11,097 nt of DNA from a bacterium (lineage in GTDB: Bacteria; Zhuqueibacterota; Zhuqueibacteria; Oceanimicrobiales; Oceanimicrobiaceae): the NCBI GenBank assembly GCA_046757165.1, contig JBHHXT010000161.1:1-11097 (forward strand), in the 5' to 3' direction. The stretch's first letter is position 1; each line of letters opens with the position of its first letter. Made by a program: the position numbers and the translations under genes. The notes beneath the pieces were generated by a model. It worked only from the letters and a program-made list of their open reading frames with translations, ran no database searches and had not been told where the DNA came from. Below, in pieces: positions 7,266 to 11,097 of this stretch.

Positions 7266-7619
7266 ATGAAACTCATCGCTCAGACATTCTTTTTCATCTT
7301 GATGTTCACCATGCTGACCTGCAAATTCAGCTCAGTGGACTACGCGGTCGGCGATGTGCAGCTTATCAGCAAGACCAGAACCACGGTCGAGGGCAAACCT
7401 GCTATCCGTCTACAAATCGAGAACACCGGCGACGACGATGTTCACAACGTCCGCATCACCATCAAAGCCAAAAAATCCCAGCGCGATCTCCAGGTCGAAA
7501 CCGTCTTCCTCGAACGCCTCTCCGCCCGGGAGCGTATCATCAAACGGGTCGTCTTTGACCAGCTCGGCGGCCACAGCGACTACGATTTGCTCACCTACGC
7601 GATCAATTTTTCCCAGTAA
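7266..7619 (+). CDS. Small lipoprotein, probable Ig-like (CARDB/FxLYD-like) fold
   Basis: Signal 'MKLIAQTFFFILMFTMLTC' with Cys19, and the Ig-like motif 'IRLQIENTGDDDVHNVRITI'. Codon third positions are GC-rich like the other genes. Confidence 0.8.
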   Translation: MKLIAQTFFFILMFTMLTCKFSSVDYAVGDVQLISKTRTTVEGKPAIRLQIENTGDDDVHNVRITIKAKKSQRDLQVETVFLERLSARERIIKRVVFDQLGGHSDYDLLTYAINFSQ

Positions 7620-7825
7620 GATCACCCACAAATCACAACCCGAACGCGGATGACCCCGAACGCCATCCGAAAAAAAACCTGGAAGATACGCCCGCACCAA
7701 AATGTTAAATATGAGAAAAATGGCGGCGAGCCCTTCTCTTATCAGAGCAAAGGCTCGATTCTTGCAAATAAGAGTCGTCAAGAAAACATGGAATGTTTAG
7801 GCTGTAAAAGTGAAGGGAAACCAAA

Positions 7826-7966
7826 ATGACTGGATTAGAGTATTTCTTCGGCCTGATTTTACTGCTTTTAGGGTTCAACGTTGGCTTCCACGAAGCCGGC
7901 AAGGGTCTAACCGTGGACGATTTCAAGAGATTCGTGCAGCCCCTGCTGAAAAAGATGCGCAGATAA
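7826..7966 (+). CDS. 46-aa single-pass membrane protein, not in the ORF track
   Basis: ATG 7826 to TAA 7966 translates as MTGLEYFFGLILLLLGFNVGFHEAGKGLTVDDFKRFVQPLLKKMRR. GAAGGG lies 8 nt upstream. Hydrophobic N-terminal half, basic amphipathic tail, followed by a strong hairpin with a T-run. Confidence 0.7.
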   Translation: MTGLEYFFGLILLLLGFNVGFHEAGKGLTVDDFKRFVQPLLKKMRR

Positions 7967-8027
7967 ATTGGCTTCCTTCGGAACGGTTGATCAAATTTCG
8001 ACCAGAAAACACCTCCTCCCCCCAAAC

Positions 8028-8066
8028 AAAACCTCCCGAAGGCGTGAAACCTTCGGGAGGTTTTTT
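8028..8066 (+). terminator. Perfect 15-bp hairpin with T-run; likely intrinsic terminator, possibly bidirectional, and also a repeat copy
   Basis: AAAACCTCCCGAAGG-cgtgaaa-CCTTCGGGAGGTTTT followed by TT, between convergent genes. Confidence 0.7.
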
Positions 8067-8114
8067 GCATCTAAAGGCCCCAAACTACTTTGCGGTTTAA
8101 GAGGTGAGACTGCC

Positions 8115-8147
8115 AACCTCCCGAAGGCATCGACCTTTCAGGAGGTT
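8115..8147. repeat. Second, degenerate copy of the 8030-8062 hairpin
   Basis: AACCTCCCGAAGG-catcgac-CTTTCAGGAGGTT. Left arm identical to 8030-8042, same 7-nt loop length, two mismatches in the right arm, 85-bp offset. Confidence 0.75.
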
Positions 8148-8182
8148 CCTTTCATCCTTCAATAGTGATGTTTGCAAAACCA

Positions 8183-8440
8183 CTAGGTTGTCTTCTTAAC
8201 CAGAGCGATGACCCCCAACAGAATAATCGCTCCCACCAGGGCCGACACCAATGTGCCAACCATGCCCATATTGGTCATCATCGCTGTCTTGCCAAAAAGC
8301 ATCCCCCCGATAACCGCCCCGACAACGCCCACAACCAGATTCCCCACCAGCCCAAACCCTCTGCCTTTCACAACTTGACCAGACAGCCAACCGGCGACTA
8401 AACCGATCACCAGAAATATGATTAGGTTCATCCAGTCCAT
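8183..8440 (-). CDS. GlsB/YeaQ/YmgE family (transglycosylase-associated) membrane protein
   Basis: 'IIFLVIGLVAGWLSGQVVKGRGFGLVGNLVVGVVGAVIGG...ALVGAIILL' is the family pattern. A strong GGAGGAG RBS fixes the start at ATG 8440 (85 aa). Confidence 0.93.
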   Translation of the reverse strand: MDWMNLIIFLVIGLVAGWLSGQVVKGRGFGLVGNLVVGVVGAVIGGMLFGKTAMMTNMGMVGTLVSALVGAIILLGVIALVKKTT

Positions 8441-8859
8441 TTTTTCTCCTCCTTCGGTTATGTGATTGGTTTGGGGCCAACAAAGAAACGACACGTTCTA
8501 CCCTGCGCCAACAGCCGCTTTTCCCTCACTCAGAGAGAATGCCTCTTTACACCCAAAAAGCGCATTGCCAAAAGCCACTCTACAATCCTGAAACGATGCT
8601 GAGGAACGATGAAGCCAACCGGAATATTTGGATTCGAAAAGCTTTTTCTTTGAGAAATGGATTTATCTTACGAAGTGGTAACAATATAAGACAGCGGGAT
8701 GATTAAGTCAACCTTTTTTCGATTCAGCAGGGCAGGTGTTTTGATTATTGTCTCATTGTTCTATTGTTTTATTGCTTTGTTGGGGGAGTGTCAAAAGAAC
8801 TATCGCCTCCCCCGAACAGGGCGTTTCAGCCTCCTTCCAAACCTGAGATGCGCAATTCT

Positions 8860-8930
8860 AAGTGCGTGGCACGTCTTGACTTGCAGTCAGGGCGTCGCAC
8901 TTGCACCTTTCAGCAGCAAGTACGACGCAC
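8860..8930. repeat. Three alternating-orientation copies of the consensus AAGTGCGACGCAC (REP-like cluster)
   Basis: 8860-8872 AAGTGCGTGGCAC (+), 8902-8890 AAGTGCGACGCCC (-), 8918-8930 AAGTACGACGCAC (+). A 13-bp stem forms between 8892-8904 and 8916-8928 with one mismatch. Confidence 0.7.
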
Positions 8931-9420
8931 CGGTCAGACTTTCGAGAATGGACAGGGTGACGCGGCCGCCCAGGTGCGCGACGCCTCTGAGACGGTATTG
9001 GTTCGGCCCGAGAAGGTTGATGACCTCCTCGTATTGCACCTCCTGAATTTGCAGGTCTACATCGATGCCGGGCGACAGAATCAGGTCGCAAGCCTTCTTG
9101 TCCGGGTAGGTCATCTCATCGGCCGTCTGGAAGGAGCCTCTGACTCTGTACCCGCGGGCGATGAGCAGCTCCTGAAAATCCAGCGCCATGTTTTTAGAGA
9201 ACTGCGTAAACGGCCAGGCCCGTGTCCACGGTTGGTCTTCAGAGTAGCGGGCCGCTACCAGTCCAAAAGTGATGGCGCCACTGTCCGCCATTGTCTGCGA
9301 CGTGGGTGGCGTGTAGTCAAACCTCGGGACATAGGTCGGTTTCTTGGCGCCCTGGCGCGTGGTCCCGCACCCGGCGAGCAGGAGCACAAGCGCAAGCAAC
9401 AATTGCAGTGTCTGTTTCAT
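8887..9420 (-). CDS. Lipoprotein resembling the HpaA / neuraminyllactose-binding haemagglutinin family; probably 3'-truncated
   Basis: AGGAGG RBS (9434-9429) and a canonical LAGC lipobox. 'FQELLIARGYRV...DEMTYPDKKACDLIL' and 'VTLSILESLTG' resemble HpaA-like segments. The final 14 codons or so and the stop are read from the repeat cluster. Confidence 0.7.
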   Translation of the reverse strand: MKQTLQLLLALVLLLAGCGTTRQGAKKPTYVPRFDYTPPTSQTMADSGAITFGLVAARYSEDQPWTRAWPFTQFSKNMALDFQELLIARGYRVRGSFQTADEMTYPDKKACDLILSPGIDVDLQIQEVQYEEVINLLGPNQYRLRGVAHLGGRVTLSILESLTGASYLLLKGASATP

Positions 9421-9545
9421 ATCAATAACCTCCTATTTGTGAGAATGAATGTGTATTAAGAACCACCCCGCCCGTGTGCAGTCAAGTCTCGCAGTGCCTC
9501 CCAGACTACCGGGCTAACATACACAAAATGTGAGACAAATCCATG

Positions 9546-9563
9546 TTTGGCAACGTTGTCAAA
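9546..9563. promoter_or_regulatory. LacI/GalR-type operator candidate
   Basis: TTTGGCAACGTTGTCAAA, an 18-bp palindrome with one mismatched pair and a central CG, fitting TGnnAnCGnTnnCA. It lies between divergent genes. Confidence 0.55.
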
Positions 9564-9567
9564 ACCC

Positions 9568-9616
9568 GCCGCGGAATGGATTCCGCGTCTCAGTTTGCTA
9601 AGGACGCTGAAGCGCC
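9568..9616. repeat. Two-hairpin REP-like / IS200-IS605-end-like element
   Basis: CGCGGAA-tgga-TTCCGCG (9570-9587) followed by GG(A)CGC-tgaa-GCGCC (9602-9616). Only one copy in the window. Confidence 0.4.
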
Positions 9617-9763
9617 GTGTGGTGGAGGGAAGGGGATGCATCGCCAGGCGCGGCTGATATGTCGAGTAGGTACCGAGAGAGCAATTAACGGTTGTTTTTT
9701 CATTCCGATAATCGTATTTTCGGTGTATCGTAAAGTATCCATACCGTGGTTGACCCCAACCCC

Positions 9764-10474
9764 ATGAACTTAGCCATCTTCGACATCGACGGCACCCTGA
9801 CCGCTACCAGCAAAGTAGATTCCGATTGCTACGTGCAAGCGTTCAAGGAGGAATTCAGGCTGGAGATCGAGGACGGCGACTGGAGCCGGTTCAAGAACTA
9901 CACCGATTCCGGCATCATGGTGGAAATATTCCAGGACGAGTTTGGCCGCGAGCCAACGCCGGAGGAGCACCAGGCTGTACAACTCACCTTTCTCAAATTG
10001 CTCACCCGCGCTTTTGAGACCAGCCCGGACTTGTTCAAAGAAATTTCCGGCGCGTGCACCATGCTGAGTCGCTTGCGACGGGAAAAGGAATGGGGTATTG
10101 CGCTGGCGACGGGTTGCTGGCGCGTCTCTGCCGAATTCAAGCTGGACAAGGCCGGGTTCGAGCGCGCGGCGATTCCGATCTCCACCTGCGACCAGAATGT
10201 GGCGCGCGAGGCGATCATGCTCAACGCGCTGACCCTCGCCAAAGAAGCGTACGAGGTCAGCGACTTCGAGACCATCGTCTACATCGGCGACGGCATCTGG
10301 GATATGCGCGCATCAAGAAAGCTGCGCTTCGGGTTTATTGGCGTGCAGCATGAAACGTATCACAAAACCGCACTCACCGAGGGGGCCGGGCATGTCATTG
10401 ACGATTACCGCGATTACGCGGCTTTCCTTCGTCTTCTGAGCCAGGCCCGGGTGCCAAAAGAGAGAGGGGCGTGA
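9764..10474 (+). CDS. HAD-superfamily hydrolase (phosphoglycolate-phosphatase-like)
   Basis: Motif I 'IFDIDGTL', motif II 'LATG', motif IV 'YIGDGIWD'. Start set at ATG 9764, which puts motif I at its usual N-terminal position; the track uses GTG 9746. Confidence 0.92.
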   Translation: MNLAIFDIDGTLTATSKVDSDCYVQAFKEEFRLEIEDGDWSRFKNYTDSGIMVEIFQDEFGREPTPEEHQAVQLTFLKLLTRAFETSPDLFKEISGACTMLSRLRREKEWGIALATGCWRVSAEFKLDKAGFERAAIPISTCDQNVAREAIMLNALTLAKEAYEVSDFETIVYIGDGIWDMRASRKLRFGFIGVQHETYHKTALTEGAGHVIDDYRDYAAFLRLLSQARVPKERGA

Positions 10475-10476
10475 GA

Positions 10477-11037
10477 TTATTTCAACCTTTGGATCACCTT
10501 GATCGCGTTGGCAGGGGCAATATGGAAGTCGTTGTACCGCACGATTCCTTCTTTGTCGATGATGATGGTCCATGGGGTGCCGCCGTTGCGGTAGCTGGCC
10601 ATGAGTTTTGAATGCTCGCGTCGCGTCCCGCTTTGTCCGACCGGGATGTCCAGACTGTATCTCTTTGCGACCTCCCTGGCCTGTTTCAGGCCATTGTGGG
10701 CAAAGCCTTCAAAGGTAGTTTGGACCGCGATGATGGCCACATCAGGATCATCTTTGAATTCCCGGATAACTTCTTGCAGCGTGGGAAACCCGTGCGCATG
10801 GCAGCCCGGGCACCAGGCCTGGAAGCAGTACAGATAGATCACTTTGCCTTTGAAGTCGGTAATTTCAAGGGAGGGTTTGCCTGCAGGCAAGTTCAACCAT
10901 TCTTTTACTTTCCAGGCCGGGGCTTTCTGGTTCAGGATTCCGCGCGTGGAAGGGAGCGACGGGCTGGTAAAGGATAAAAAGGACAGAAGGATGGTCATCA
11001 GGGCCATTTTGAGCTCCAGGTCGTTTTTGAGATTCAT
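10477..11037 (-). CDS. Exported TlpA/redoxin (AhpC-TSA fold) thiol-disulfide oxidoreductase
   Basis: 'DFKGKVIYLYCFQAWCPGCHAHGFP' (CxxC) and cis-Pro motif 'GTPWTIIIDKEGIVR', with a hydrophobic N-terminus. Start is ATG 11037 (GAGGA upstream) or ATG 11007 (GGAG upstream). Confidence 0.9.
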   Translation of the reverse strand: MNLKNDLELKMALMTILLSFLSFTSPSLPSTRGILNQKAPAWKVKEWLNLPAGKPSLEITDFKGKVIYLYCFQAWCPGCHAHGFPTLQEVIREFKDDPDVAIIAVQTTFEGFAHNGLKQAREVAKRYSLDIPVGQSGTRREHSKLMASYRNGGTPWTIIIDKEGIVRYNDFHIAPANAIKVIQRLK

Positions 11038-11097
11038 GTGTTTCCATCCTCTGCAAACAAAGGTTGACATGAAAAAATTTCGCAACGGCCCAACTTA

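Noticed and set aside
7647..7757. Hairpins at 7647-7669 and 7727-7757 as terminators or a riboswitch
   Set aside because: The stems are imperfect, neither has an adjacent T-run on the plus strand, and I recognise no riboswitch consensus. An Rfam scan would settle it.
7650..7829. 59-codon ORF (MTPNAIRKKTWK...EGKPK) whose TGA overlaps the microprotein ATG (ATGA)
   Set aside because: No RBS, AT-rich codons unlike the real genes, and no motif. The overlap is suggestive but can arise by chance.
7410..8165. Track ORFs 7410-7781(-), 7705-8070(-), 7810-8100(+) and 7968-8165(+)
   Set aside because: They run through hairpins or overlap better-supported genes and lack protein-like composition. The 46-aa frame explains the region better.
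8886..8937. GTCAG direct repeats around the hairpin as a target-site duplication of a simple insertion
   Set aside because: Removing the intervening DNA gives ESLTASQDVPRT-stop, so a longer gene is not restored, and a 5-bp match is weak.
8699..9459. Plus-strand ORFs 8699-9046 and 8764-9459
   Set aside because: They are antisense to the lipoprotein, which has a strong RBS and a LAGC lipobox.
9534..9562. Minus-strand TTGACA as the -35 of a sigma70 promoter
   Set aside because: There is no acceptable -10 hexamer at 16-18 nt spacing.

Overview
An 11.1 kb bacterial window with GC-rich genes and AT-richer spacers. The dockerin + cohesin + 'NYPNPFNP' FlgD-Ig C-terminal domain suggests an FCB-superphylum organism such as KSB1, Calditrichota or Latescibacterota (inference). 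Genes in order: a CAP/SCP lipoprotein cut by the left edge, an apparently POTRA-less Omp85/BamA-TamA barrel, a small GIY-YIG-like protein with degenerate catalytic residues, a 1368-aa secreted glycoside-hydrolase-like protein (two NPCBM-like modules, adjacent dockerin and cohesin, C-terminal sorting-like domain), an Ig-like lipoprotein, a 46-aa membrane protein missing from the ORF track, a GlsB/YeaQ/YmgE protein, an HpaA-like lipoprotein that looks 3'-truncated at a palindromic repeat cluster, a HAD hydrolase and a TlpA/redoxin. Most larger intergenic gaps hold a different small repeat element: a GTAG-REP pair with compensatory stems, phased CACGAAT and CGCAAAG repeats, a 23-bp inverted-repeat element between 9-bp direct repeats, and duplicated hairpins. 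No transposase, rRNA, tRNA or CRISPR array was seen. All family assignments come from recognising motifs by eye, not from database searches.
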